Numbered from the whole stretch's first letter, positions 9,335 through 18,875 are shown. The stretch: DNA of 63,203 nucleotides, filler included, from 6 parts of 6 records of this genome joined end to end with filler, not necessarily neighbours in it; one strand, 5' to 3'. Translations and numbers: made by a program. The notes: generated by a model not told the origin, from the letters alone.

Positions 9335-10647
9335 CCCGCGGCCTGTACAGCGATGCGGAGGTGGAGCGGCTTGACCGCGAAGCCCTGAAGGCCCTGCAGC
9401 TGCTCCGCCTGAAGAAGACGGTCAGCACCGCCCTGACGACCCCCTTTTACAAGGAGCGCTTGAAGAAGGCGGGGATCGCTTCGGCCGCAGACATCCGTAC
9501 CCTGGACGATATCCGCAAGATACCCTATACCACCAAGGAAGACCTGCGGGAAGCCTATCCCTACGGACTGCTGGCCGTTGATCATGAGGAGATCGTCCGG
9601 ATGCACGCCTCCAGCGGCACCACCGGAACACCCACGGTGATCTACCATACCCAGGGGGATCTGGACAACTGGACCTATATGACCGTTCGTTCCCTCAAGG
9701 CCACCGGCTGCCACAGGGGCGACGTCTTCCAGAATATGATGACCTACGGTCTGTTCACCGGGGGCATCGGCCTGCACTACGGCGCCGAGAGGCTGGGGAT
9801 GCTGGTTATCCCCGCTTCCAGCGGGAATACGACCCGCCAGTTCAAGCTGATGAAGGACTTCGGCACCACCACCATTCACGCCACCCCCAGTTATATGCTC
9901 CATCTCTACTCCCGTATGGAGGAGATGGGCTACTCTCTGGAGGACTTCAAACTGGAGAGGGCCCTTATCGGAGCGGAACCCCACTCCGAGGAGATCCGTC
10001 AGAAGATAGAGGAACTCTTTAAGATCGATGCCTACAACTCCTACGGCCTGTCCGAGATGAACGGCCCCTCCGTGGCTTTCGAGTGTATGGAGAAGAGCGG
10101 GATGCATGTGTGGGAAGACGCCTACTGCATGGAGGTTATCGATAGGGACAGTCTGGAACCCGTTCCCGACGGGGACGAGGGCGAGCTTGTTCTGACCATA
10201 CTGATCCGGACGGGAACCCCCATCCTGCGCTACAGGACCAAGGACCTGACCAGGATCATACCCGAGCCCTGCGCCTGCGGAAGAACGAGCCGGAGGATCA
10301 CGAGGATCAAGGGACGGACCGATGACATGCTGATCATCAACGGCGTCAACGTATTCCCCTCTCAGATCGAAGAGGTGATTATGAAGATGCCCGGCATCGG
10401 CACGAACTACCTGATCAAGGTGAGCAAAGAGGGAACCCTGGACAGGCTGACCATCCAGACCGAGGTCCGTTCGGAGATGTTCACCGACGACGCTCAGGAC
10501 CTTCACAAACTGAAACGGCGGATCACCGAGGAGCTGTCGGCTTCTATCACCATACGTCCGGCCGTGGAGCTTCATGAGCCCGGATTCCTCCCCGTTCAGC
10601 AGGGGAAGGCCATTCGCGTCGTGGATGAGAGAACCGGAACTTTTTAA
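9331..10647 (+). CDS. paaK: Phenylacetate-CoA ligase family protein (copy 1)
   Basis: HASSGTTGTPT, YGLFTGG, YGLSE, RYRTKD, GRTDDMLIINGVNVFPSQIE; 4-nt overlap with iorB. Confidence 0.9.
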   Translation: MTRGLYSDAEVERLDREALKALQLLRLKKTVSTALTTPFYKERLKKAGIASAADIRTLDDIRKIPYTTKEDLREAYPYGLLAVDHEEIVRMHASSGTTGTPTVIYHTQGDLDNWTYMTVRSLKATGCHRGDVFQNMMTYGLFTGGIGLHYGAERLGMLVIPASSGNTTRQFKLMKDFGTTTIHATPSYMLHLYSRMEEMGYSLEDFKLERALIGAEPHSEEIRQKIEELFKIDAYNSYGLSEMNGPSVAFECMEKSGMHVWEDAYCMEVIDRDSLEPVPDGDEGELVLTILIRTGTPILRYRTKDLTRIIPEPCACGRTSRRITRIKGRTDDMLIINGVNVFPSQIEEVIMKMPGIGTNYLIKVSKEGTLDRLTIQTEVRSEMFTDDAQDLHKLKRRITEELSASITIRPAVELHEPGFLPVQQGKAIRVVDERTGTF

Positions 10648-10803
10648 GGGATCCGATATAACCGGCCCGTTCCGCCATGGCGGCAGAGGCCGGATCTTTC
10701 CGGTTCCGTACTGACCGACGGGTCGGTCGGTAGCGGGAGACAGTATAATCGGGGCTGCGGCTTCAGCCTGGCCCCTTGCATAAAATCAGCAGGAGGAATC
10801 GTA

Positions 10804-12105
10804 ATGATTTGGAATAAAAGCGCGGAATGCGACAACCTGGATGACCGGAAGGTTCAGCAGCTGTACAGGCTCAAAAAGCTGGTCCGGCATGTGTATGAAA
10901 ACGTACCCTTCTATAAGAAGAAGTTTGATGACGCCGGCGTGAAGCCTGAAGATATCAAGACCATGGCCGATATCGCCAGGCTCCCCTTTACCACCAAGGA
11001 TGAGCTGCGCGACACCTATCCTTACGGTCTGGTCGCCTGCGACCAGAAGGATGTCGTCGAGATCCATACCTCCTCCGGAACCACCGGAACCCCCGTCCTC
11101 GCCGCCTATACGAAAAATGATATGGACATGTGGGGAGAGGTGATGGCGCGCTGTCTCTGCATGGCCGGCGGAACCCCCGACGATGTGGTCCAGAACGGAT
11201 ACGGATACGGTATGTTCACCGGCGGCCTGGGCGTGCATTACGGCTCCCATACCCTGGGCTGTATGACCATCCCCGTTTCCTCGGGAAACACCAAGCGGCA
11301 GCTGATGCTGATGCGGGACTTCAAGTCCACCATCCTGACCTGTACCCCCTCCTACTCTCTCTACATGGCCGAGGCCGCCAAGGAGATGGGCATCGACTTC
11401 AAGGATCTCTCTCTGAAGGCCGGTATCTTCGGGGCCGAGCCCTGGAGCGACAATATGCGGAAGGAGATCGAGGATAAGCTGAACCTCAAGGCCTTCGATA
11501 TCTACGGCCTGACCGAGATCGTCGGTCCCGGGGTCTCCAATGAGTGCGAGGCCCACGACGGTCTGCATGTGAACGAGGACCACTTCTACCCCGAGATCAT
11601 CGATCCCAAGACGGGAGAGGTCCTCCCCGAGGGAGAGAAGGGCGAGCTCGTCTTCACTACCATCACCCGGGAGGGAACCCCCATCATCCGTTACAGGACC
11701 CGGGATATCACCTGGCTCTGGCACGACGACTGTCCCTGCGGACGGACCACCGTCAAGATGCACCGCCTCCTGGGCCGTACCGATGACATGCTGATCCTCA
11801 GGGGTGTCAACGTCTTCCCCAGCCAGATCGAAAACGTCCTCATGCGTATCGAAGAGACCGAGCCCCACTATCAGATCGTGGTCGACCGCGGCGATACCCA
11901 CCTGGACGAGGTGGAACTGCATGTGGAGGTCGAACCCAGTTTCTTCACCGACGAAACCAGGGATCTGGAACGGATCAAGAATAAAATCGCCGCCGAAATC
12001 AAGCAGGAGCTGGGAATCGCGGTTATAATAAAGCTTGTGGAACCCAAGTCCATCGCCCGTTCCGAGGGCAAGGCAAAGCGGGTCATCGACAAGAGAACCC
12101 TGTGA
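10804..12105 (+). CDS. paaK: Phenylacetate-CoA ligase family protein (copy 2)
   Basis: HTSSGTTGTP, YGMFTGG, GAEPWS, YGLTE, GRTDDMLILRGVNVFPSQIE, GKAKRVIDKR. Confidence 0.92.
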   Translation: MIWNKSAECDNLDDRKVQQLYRLKKLVRHVYENVPFYKKKFDDAGVKPEDIKTMADIARLPFTTKDELRDTYPYGLVACDQKDVVEIHTSSGTTGTPVLAAYTKNDMDMWGEVMARCLCMAGGTPDDVVQNGYGYGMFTGGLGVHYGSHTLGCMTIPVSSGNTKRQLMLMRDFKSTILTCTPSYSLYMAEAAKEMGIDFKDLSLKAGIFGAEPWSDNMRKEIEDKLNLKAFDIYGLTEIVGPGVSNECEAHDGLHVNEDHFYPEIIDPKTGEVLPEGEKGELVFTTITREGTPIIRYRTRDITWLWHDDCPCGRTTVKMHRLLGRTDDMLILRGVNVFPSQIENVLMRIEETEPHYQIVVDRGDTHLDEVELHVEVEPSFFTDETRDLERIKNKIAAEIKQELGIAVIIKLVEPKSIARSEGKAKRVIDKRTL

Positions 12106-12157
12106 GTTTCCGGCCGGGGGCCGCGTTTCCCGGCGAAGCATCCCATTGATCATCTAA

Positions 12158-12208
12158 GGCCCTCGGGCCCTATCCGGGAAAATCACCATGGCTCCAGGGG
12201 GAGCCGTG
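12158..12208 (+). ncRNA. Candidate cis-regulatory RNA motif, copy C (upstream of the ACT-domain gene)
   Basis: GGCCctcgGGCCctatccgggaaaatcacCATGGCTCCagggGGAGCCGTG, then acaggataaaaAAGGAG RBS and ATG at 12233. Confidence 0.6.
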
Positions 12209-12232
12209 ACAGGATAAAAAAGGAGTTTTACT

Positions 12233-12649
12233 ATGAAGGTTAAGCAGATTTCCGTATTCCTTGAAAATAAAAACGGACGCCTCTCCGAGGTGACCCGTAC
12301 CCTCTCCGAGGCGAAGATCAGCCTCCGGGCCGTCTCCATCGCCGATACCGCAGATTTCGGAATCCTTCGTCTGATCGTCGAAGAGCCCGACCGCTGTCTG
12401 AAGCTTCTTCAGGACAACAGCTTTACCGCCCGGGTCACCGAGGTCATCGGCGTTTGCATAAACGACAGACCCGGCGCCCTGCACGATGTGATGCAGATCT
12501 TCGAGGACAACAATGTGAACATCGAGTACCTCTACTCCACCATGATGCTAATGGACGATAAGGTGGTCATCATGTTTAAGGTCGAGGACATCGATCACGG
12601 GCTGAATATCATCAAGGAGAACGGGATGGAGGCCATTACCGCCTTTTGA
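12233..12649 (+). CDS. Tandem ACT-domain (amino-acid-binding) protein
   Basis: QISVFLENKNGRL, SIADTADFGILRLIV, DRPGAL, NIEYLYS; family commonly found beside paaK/iorAB. Confidence 0.9.
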   Translation: MKVKQISVFLENKNGRLSEVTRTLSEAKISLRAVSIADTADFGILRLIVEEPDRCLKLLQDNSFTARVTEVIGVCINDRPGALHDVMQIFEDNNVNIEYLYSTMMLMDDKVVIMFKVEDIDHGLNIIKENGMEAITAF

Positions 12650-12863
12650 ACAGCTTCAACACCGTCCGTTCGGAGCATCTGAACGCGCATGGCCATCTCT
12701 TCGGAGGGCAGATGCTCTACTGGGTGGACGAGCTGGCCTGGCTTACGGCGGCCCGGGACTTTCCGGGCTATAGGCTCGTGACCAGGGGGATGGAGCGGAT
12801 CAGCTTCGAGAGGGCCGTGCCCAACGGTTCGATCCTCCGTTTCCATCTGCTCCCCGCCAGGCA
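12646..12863 (+). CDS. Acyl-CoA thioesterase, hotdog fold (3'-truncated by contig end)
   Basis: HLNAHGHLFGGQMLYWVDE motif; TTG start overlapping the ACT gene stop. Confidence 0.82.
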
Positions 12864-12963
12864 NNNNNNNNNNNNNNNNNNNNNNNNNNNNNNNNNNNNN
12901 NNNNNNNTTAATTAATTAANNNNNNNNNNNNNNNNNNNNNNNNNNNNNNNNNNNNNNNNNNNN
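12864..12963. other. Artificial contig linker
   Basis: 44 N + TTAATTAATTAA (stops in all six frames) + 44 N. Confidence 0.98.
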
Positions 12964-14391
12964 AAGCAGTTTGCCCTCTACGACCAGGCACAGGAGAAAA
13001 TCATCCAGCGAGTGGTGGAAGAAAACGGGGTTGTTGAGCGGGAAGAATGGGAAGCCTGGCTGACACCGGAACCCGGGGATGCCCTTGATGAATGGGAGTT
13101 GGCGCAAATTGTCGAGCGTCAGCAGCGGACCATTCAGGATAATCGCCGTGCGGCCATCGCTGCCGCTACCCTGGACCTGGATCTGATCCGAAATGATGAC
13201 GCAAAACTGGACCGGTACTGCAATGAATTTCCCAAGGGTGCGATGCTGCATATTCATCCCACAGGCACCCGGAACAGGCAGACCGTGACGGAAATTATAG
13301 AAGCGGTCAATCCGGTAATCAACGGCCACGAGATCGTTGCCCAGGCCAATGACGGGGAACAATCCATGCTCTACCCCGGGGAGATTGAATTCCTCTCTTC
13401 TTTGCCTGTCCGGAACTACCTGGATTACGATGGGGAAGATCAAGAACGGATTCTGGCATTTTTCTTTCTGCCGGAGAATCCGCCCTCCCATGATTTCAAG
13501 CGTTTTGAGGCGATCTTCACCATTAATGACCTTTTGAAGCAGGAGCCGTCCCTGCAGGCATGGGTTGAGGAAAAGACCTATCTTGATTTTCTCAAACGCT
13601 GTGCCGCCCAGAACGTCAGCTACGTGGAATTTACCAAGGTGATGTGGCCGGATCCCTCAACCTTTGAACAGCTCCACACATGGGCAGAGGCGTGGTATGA
13701 GAAAACCGGTGTCATTGTGCGCTGGAATTCCGCTTTTATTCGCACCCTGGCAGTTGATAACAATAACGTGTGGACCCGGGAATTTATTTCCGTGGTTGGT
13801 AAGAGTCCGTCTACAGCGCTTGTGGGGATTGATCTTCTGGCCAATGAAACCCATACCCCGGCCCTGGAAACAGGGCAGAACATCTATATTCCCATCCTGG
13901 CAGCCAATCAACAGGGACAGCTCAATATTCACCGTACCATGCATGCCGGAGAACTGGGGGATGTTCATAACGTACGGGATGCCATGATCATGGGGGCCGA
14001 ACGGGTGGGACACGGCGTTCTTCTGGCCCAGGATCCCTTGGCCCTGGAGTACGCGATTCAGGAGAAAACTCTGCCCATAGAGATTAACCTATACAGTAAC
14101 TACAGGTTGCAGGTCAACGTGGATTTCAGCCACCATCCCTTTTTAGACTTTCTGCGCCTTGGCTTGCCCGTGAGCCTGTCCACGGACGATGAGGGCATTT
14201 TTGTCACCGATATCACCAATGAATACAAGATCGCCATCCGCTATACCGACATCACCCATGAAGAGTTAAAACAGATGGCATACAATTCCATCGAGACCTC
14301 CTTTGCCGATGAAGCGGTCAAAACAAGGCTGCTGAAACAGCTGGATACGGATTTTGCAGTTTTCGAAGCCGGATGGCGCAGTCTCAAATGA
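12964..14391 (+). CDS. Adenosine deaminase family protein (5'-truncated)
   Basis: PKGAMLHIH, HAGE, RVGHG, STDD metal-binding motifs; frame is open back to the contig edge (KQFALYDQAQ...). Confidence 0.85.
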   Translation, partial: KQFALYDQAQEKIIQRVVEENGVVEREEWEAWLTPEPGDALDEWELAQIVERQQRTIQDNRRAAIAAATLDLDLIRNDDAKLDRYCNEFPKGAMLHIHPTGTRNRQTVTEIIEAVNPVINGHEIVAQANDGEQSMLYPGEIEFLSSLPVRNYLDYDGEDQERILAFFFLPENPPSHDFKRFEAIFTINDLLKQEPSLQAWVEEKTYLDFLKRCAAQNVSYVEFTKVMWPDPSTFEQLHTWAEAWYEKTGVIVRWNSAFIRTLAVDNNNVWTREFISVVGKSPSTALVGIDLLANETHTPALETGQNIYIPILAANQQGQLNIHRTMHAGELGDVHNVRDAMIMGAERVGHGVLLAQDPLALEYAIQEKTLPIEINLYSNYRLQVNVDFSHHPFLDFLRLGLPVSLSTDDEGIFVTDITNEYKIAIRYTDITHEELKQMAYNSIETSFADEAVKTRLLKQLDTDFAVFEAGWRSLK

Positions 14392-15676
14392 GGGAACCCC
14401 CGCGAAAACAGGTGATCACTGCTTCGAGATATCGTGATTTCACCTGGGTGTTGGCCAGGGCCTGCTTGATGGGGGGAAGTTTCAGGATGACCCCCAGGAG
14501 GGTGGCAAGGGCCCGGTGGCTGAAGAGCACCCGGTTGTCAAACAGCAGGTCCTGGAGCCCTCCCCGTTCAATGGCCATGACCACGGCCCGGTGGGCATGG
14601 TTTAACGGGGTGATCACCCGGGGAGCTCTCGAGCCCAGGGTGATGGCGTCCTTGGGGCAGGCAGTGACGCAGACCCCGCATCCCAGGCATCGTTCTTCGT
14701 CCAGGAGGGCGGTCTGCGTTTTTGGGTTTTCGGGATCGTTGGCCGTCACAAGGCCCATGGCCCCCACCGGGCACACTTTTTGGCAGCGGCCGCACCCATT
14801 GCACTGGTCGGGGGCCACAAGGGGCAGAAAGTTGGTGGTGTGCACCGGGTTGAAGATGGCAAAGCGCTGAACTGCCAGCATGGCTTCGCAGCAGCAGCCG
14901 CAGCAGTTGCAGATGAAGTTGACCCGTTCCCTCACGTTCTCGCCGAATTGAACCAGGTGGTGGGCCCTGGCCTTTGCCAGCAGGTCCAGTCCTTCCATGG
15001 GGTCCACCTCTCGTGCATGGCCGTGCTTGATCAATGACCGTGCCACCGTGTTAAAGGTCATGCAGATATCCAGGGGAGCGTCACAGGCCCGGTCGAGGTG
15101 GGTCATCTTGTGGCGGCAGTAGCAGAGGCCGATCCCCATGGGGGCGGCGGTTTTGATCACATGGGTCGCCCGCTCATAGTCCAGGACATGGAGAGCGTTA
15201 TGGGGTGACAGGGCCTGTTCGTTGACAAAGGTGCGCCCCAGCTGGGTATCGCCCCGTGTGAAGAGCTCCCGGATGAAGGTTTCCTCCTGGTTGAGGTAGG
15301 TGTAGAAGAGTTCGCTCAGGGCCTTCTGGTCGATATCCTTTCTGACCCGCATCAGGGAAAATTCAAAAAAGCCGGCCATGGGCGGGGGCAGGGCGTAGAG
15401 GGTCTGGCCGTTGACCTCCATGTCCACGAGGATCGCCCGTGCGGCAAGGGTGTCCAGGATTTTTCGGGCCTTTGCCCTGGCCAGCTTCCAGACGGTGGCG
15501 GCCTTTTCAGCGGTAAAGGGCTTGATGGGCAGGCGCGCCACAAGGTCCGCTTCCTTTTCCGTGAAGAGCATGGCCAGGATTTTGCGCAGCAGGTCCGAGG
15601 GCGGGGCGCCCTGGGGGAACCGGTTCAACCGGTTTGTCAGCCTGGAATAGCCTGAGTCGAGCAGGGTGTGTGCCAT
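14384..15676 (-). CDS. 4Fe-4S dicluster domain protein
   Basis: CYCR, CNCCGCCC, CNGCGRCQKVCP, CLGCGVCVTACP. Confidence 0.85.
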   Translation of the reverse strand: MAHTLLDSGYSRLTNRLNRFPQGAPPSDLLRKILAMLFTEKEADLVARLPIKPFTAEKAATVWKLARAKARKILDTLAARAILVDMEVNGQTLYALPPPMAGFFEFSLMRVRKDIDQKALSELFYTYLNQEETFIRELFTRGDTQLGRTFVNEQALSPHNALHVLDYERATHVIKTAAPMGIGLCYCRHKMTHLDRACDAPLDICMTFNTVARSLIKHGHAREVDPMEGLDLLAKARAHHLVQFGENVRERVNFICNCCGCCCEAMLAVQRFAIFNPVHTTNFLPLVAPDQCNGCGRCQKVCPVGAMGLVTANDPENPKTQTALLDEERCLGCGVCVTACPKDAITLGSRAPRVITPLNHAHRAVVMAIERGGLQDLLFDNRVLFSHRALATLLGVILKLPPIKQALANTQVKSRYLEAVITCFRGGSLI

Positions 15677-15927
15677 ATCGTTGCCTGTTGAAAACAGCGC
15701 CTCTGGAAGGGAGGGCCGATGGATGATTTTTATTCAAGGGGCTAATGACGATTTAAAATGAATGGGACGGGAAAAGCAAGGGAAAACTTGTCCGTACGCG
15801 GTTCTGCGGGCGCTTTCCCCGGGGTCTCGGCGGATTCCAGTTGGGGGGGCGTCGGGGCTGTCAGGGGAATGGGCCCCGCCTGTCTGAGATCAGACCGGCG
15901 GGACCCGTGGATGTCCTTGTGGGATTC

Positions 15928-18069
15928 TTAATCGTCAAGCAGTTCCACGAAGTGCCTGACCTCGATGTCCATCTTGTTTTTATCGATGCCGCCCCGAAGC
16001 TGCATGATACACCCCGGGCACTCCGTTGCAATCACTTCGGCGCCGGTCTTCTCGAAGTCCGCAAGCTTTTTTCTTAAAATCTCAGCGGAAATTTCAGGGA
16101 ATTTGGCGGAGTAGGTGCCACCGAAACCACAGCAGCTCTTCTCCTCCGATGCCGGGACGAATTCAGCGCCGGTGGCGCCAATCAGATCCTTGGTGGCATC
16201 TCCGGCTTTCATGCAGTGGGTCAGGTGACAGGGGGAGTGGAAGGTCACCTTCTTGCCTTTGGAAGCCTGGCTGCTCACATCCAGTTTAACCACTTCTTTA
16301 AGGAATTTTCCCGAGGTGATCACCTTTTCGGAAAAGTCCTGGGACTTTCTGTAGATCGAACCCTCGGAAGGAGTGAACATCTTCTCGTAGTTCTCTTTCA
16401 GGTGAGATGCACAGGATGCGCAAAGGGTGATGATATAGTCGTATTGGCCGCCATCGAAGGCGAGGATGTTCTGCCGGGCAACGCTTCTTGAGGAGGCATG
16501 CTCGTCCATCATCTTCAGGGGCAGCCCGCAGCAGGATTGTTCCATGGGGAAATCAACGGCGATATTTTTGTTTCTCAGCAGGTTGACAAAGGACTTAAGC
16601 TGCTCAGGGTAGACAAAATCCTGAACGCATCCGGCAAAGATGGCGACTTTCATCTTCGGGTTTGGCACAGTGGGCTTAAGCTCTTTCCACATGTCCCGGA
16701 ACGATTTGTCAGCGATTTCAGGGAGGGATTTGAAATCGTGGTCTTTGGCGAATATCATGGGAAGGTGTCTCAGGTAGCCGCTGTTGTCTGTCACCGGTTT
16801 TTGTGCAAACTTCGCAAACTTCAGCAGGGTATGGAAGAATGCCCTGTTTTTCAGGACCATGGTGGCAAGCTTGCCTCCGGGGCCTCTTCCCTTTTCTCCC
16901 TGGATCTCTGCCGCAACGGACTTGATCACCTCGGGAAGGTTCATTCCTCCCGCACAGATATTTTTACATGCACCGCAGCCGATGCAGTTGCCGATCAGTT
17001 TTTCCGCCTCTTCCTTGCCATGGTAGAAGTAGGTCAGAATCAGCCCGATGGCACCGATATAGATATGACCCATGGTGTGTCCGCCGACCATTCGGTAAAC
17101 CGGGCACACATTGGCACAGGCGCCGCACCGGATGCATCTCAGGACTTCATTGAACACCTTGTCTTTTGCAAGGGCCTTTCTTCCGTTGTCCAGAAGTACG
17201 ATGTGGATATCTTTTTTGTCCGCTTCGTTTTTGAAGCACTCGTTCCGGCCCGAGATCCAGGTCACATAGGAAGTGATTGCCTGGCCCGTGGCATTTCTCG
17301 GAAGGGCTCTTAGCACCGTCAGGGCTTCGGGGAGCCCGGGAAGCAGTTTGTCCACGCCTGCCAGTACCACGTGGGTCTTGGGAAGGGTGGAGGTCAGCCT
17401 TGCATTTCCTTCGTTGGTGACGATTCCCACCGTGGCCGTGTCCGCCAGAAGGAAGTTCGCACCGGTGATTCCCATGTCGGCGCCTGAGAATTTGTCCCTC
17501 AGCTGGGACCTGGCCACCTTGACCAGGTTGTCGATATTTTCCGGGTCCTGATTCGTACGGGTCACATCGGAGAACAGGTCCGATACCTGGTAACGGGAGA
17601 GGTGGATTGCCGGCATCACCATATGGGACGGTCCCTCTTTTCTCAGCTGGATGATCCACTCGCCCAGGTCCGTTTCGGTCACGTTCAAGTTTTCCGCTTC
17701 AAGATGACGGTTCAGGTGGGTCTCTTCCGAAGTCATGGACTTGGATTTAACGATTTTTTGACTGCCGCTGTCCCGGGCGATGTCGGCGATGATTCTGTTG
17801 GCGTCTTCGGCCGTGTCCGCCAGATAAACCTTCACCCCTTTCTCTTCCGCCTTTTTCCTGAACTGAATATAAAGCTCATCCAGGTTGGCCGCGGCCGCAT
17901 CCTTGGTACAGACGATCTCTTTTACCAGTGCCTCCTTGTCGAGGCCGTTGTAAGCACGGCTCTGGCCGTCCCGGTAAGCCACGGCAAAATTGTCCATGGA
18001 TTTGCGGAGGAATTCGTTGTCCAGGGCGCTCTTCACCTTCTTTTTGTAGTCTTTTTTGAGGTTGCTCAT
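15928..18069 (-). CDS. lldH: L-lactate dehydrogenase large subunit (LutB-LutA/CCG fusion)
   Basis: VKSKSMTSEE, ETDLGEWIIQL, PSHMVMPAIH, CIRCGACANVCP, CCG domains (CCGLP, CCGFGG). Confidence 0.9.
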   Translation of the reverse strand: MSNLKKDYKKKVKSALDNEFLRKSMDNFAVAYRDGQSRAYNGLDKEALVKEIVCTKDAAAANLDELYIQFRKKAEEKGVKVYLADTAEDANRIIADIARDSGSQKIVKSKSMTSEETHLNRHLEAENLNVTETDLGEWIIQLRKEGPSHMVMPAIHLSRYQVSDLFSDVTRTNQDPENIDNLVKVARSQLRDKFSGADMGITGANFLLADTATVGIVTNEGNARLTSTLPKTHVVLAGVDKLLPGLPEALTVLRALPRNATGQAITSYVTWISGRNECFKNEADKKDIHIVLLDNGRKALAKDKVFNEVLRCIRCGACANVCPVYRMVGGHTMGHIYIGAIGLILTYFYHGKEEAEKLIGNCIGCGACKNICAGGMNLPEVIKSVAAEIQGEKGRGPGGKLATMVLKNRAFFHTLLKFAKFAQKPVTDNSGYLRHLPMIFAKDHDFKSLPEIADKSFRDMWKELKPTVPNPKMKVAIFAGCVQDFVYPEQLKSFVNLLRNKNIAVDFPMEQSCCGLPLKMMDEHASSRSVARQNILAFDGGQYDYIITLCASCASHLKENYEKMFTPSEGSIYRKSQDFSEKVITSGKFLKEVVKLDVSSQASKGKKVTFHSPCHLTHCMKAGDATKDLIGATGAEFVPASEEKSCCGFGGTYSAKFPEISAEILRKKLADFEKTGAEVIATECPGCIMQLRGGIDKNKMDIEVRHFVELLDD

Positions 18070-18074
18070 CTTGA

Positions 18075-18647
18075 TTAATTACCCTCCTGTACAAGGATAT
18101 GAAGTTCAAGGGGGCCGTGAACGCCCAATGCCAGGATTCGTTCGATGTCGGCGGTTCTGCTGGGGCCTGTGATGAATGCCATGTATCCGGCTGATTTTTC
18201 AAGTATTTCGTTCATTTCGGCCGTGAGGTCGAAGGCGGTTGCCCTGATTTTTGATTCCGGCAGGATCGCCACATGGATATTGGAGATCATGGTGGCCAGT
18301 CTCAGGTCTTCGCTTTTGGAATCCACCACCAGGGTTCCGGTTTCAGCGATGCCATAGTCCGCACCGGTGATGCCCACATCGATTCCGGCGGTATTATCCA
18401 ACAGTCCGGACCGGATGAGTTTGATCCCCTTTCCGCCGCAGATATTTTCAAGCTGTGCAAAATCGTCGTCGCCCAGTCCCGGTGCGGTGAGGGTTTTGTC
18501 TTTGATGGCGTCAGAGTTATCTGAATTTACGATAAGGTCTGCTGCATACTGGAAAGCTTCCGGCAAGGTTTTGATGGTTGCAACCTTGGCAGAAACCGCT
18601 TCCGCCTTTTCCCTGAAAAGTTCGTATCGTTCTTTATTCCCGCTCAT
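18075..18647 (-). CDS. lldG: L-lactate utilisation protein (LutC/LldG)
   Basis: GIAETGTLV, ITGPSRTADIE, LGVHGP. Confidence 0.9.
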   Translation of the reverse strand: MSGNKERYELFREKAEAVSAKVATIKTLPEAFQYAADLIVNSDNSDAIKDKTLTAPGLGDDDFAQLENICGGKGIKLIRSGLLDNTAGIDVGITGADYGIAETGTLVVDSKSEDLRLATMISNIHVAILPESKIRATAFDLTAEMNEILEKSAGYMAFITGPSRTADIERILALGVHGPLELHILVQEGN

Positions 18648-18718
18648 AATACTCCTTAAACAAAAAATCTGCGGTTGAATGCGCCTTTATTCAAAAAGGG
18701 CATCGTCCTTGACTGCTT

Positions 18719-18733
18719 AATGGTAATACCAAT
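18719..18733. promoter_or_regulatory. FadR/LldR-type operator 1
   Basis: aaTGGTaatACCAat matches the TGGT-N3-ACCA consensus; lies upstream of lldG. Confidence 0.7.
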
Positions 18734-18860
18734 GTTTTTTGCCATCCTTGAGATGAACTGTCAATGAAAATGTTTGTAAATGTTGAAATTTAATTAATAT
18801 ACGTTTGAAACGTATGCCCTTGAATCCCCTTGTGGTTTTGGGCTTGGGAATGGTTTTAAG

Positions 18861-18875
18861 AAAGGTCGTACCAAT
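18861..18875. promoter_or_regulatory. FadR/LldR-type operator 2
   Basis: aaaGGTcgtACCAAT, a near match to the same consensus; AATTGGTC half-site at about 18892. Confidence 0.55.

Noticed and set aside
6985-12153. Long antisense ORFs (436, 482, 455 aa) opposite iorA and paaK
   Set aside because: Shadow frames of GC-rich coding sequence, with no recognisable motifs.
12908-12919. Recurrent TTAATTAATTAA palindrome
   Set aside because: Always centred in 100-bp N linkers; an artificial six-frame stop spacer.
388-18647. D-LDH plus LldGH as one lactate system
   Set aside because: They lie on different contigs separated by a linker.
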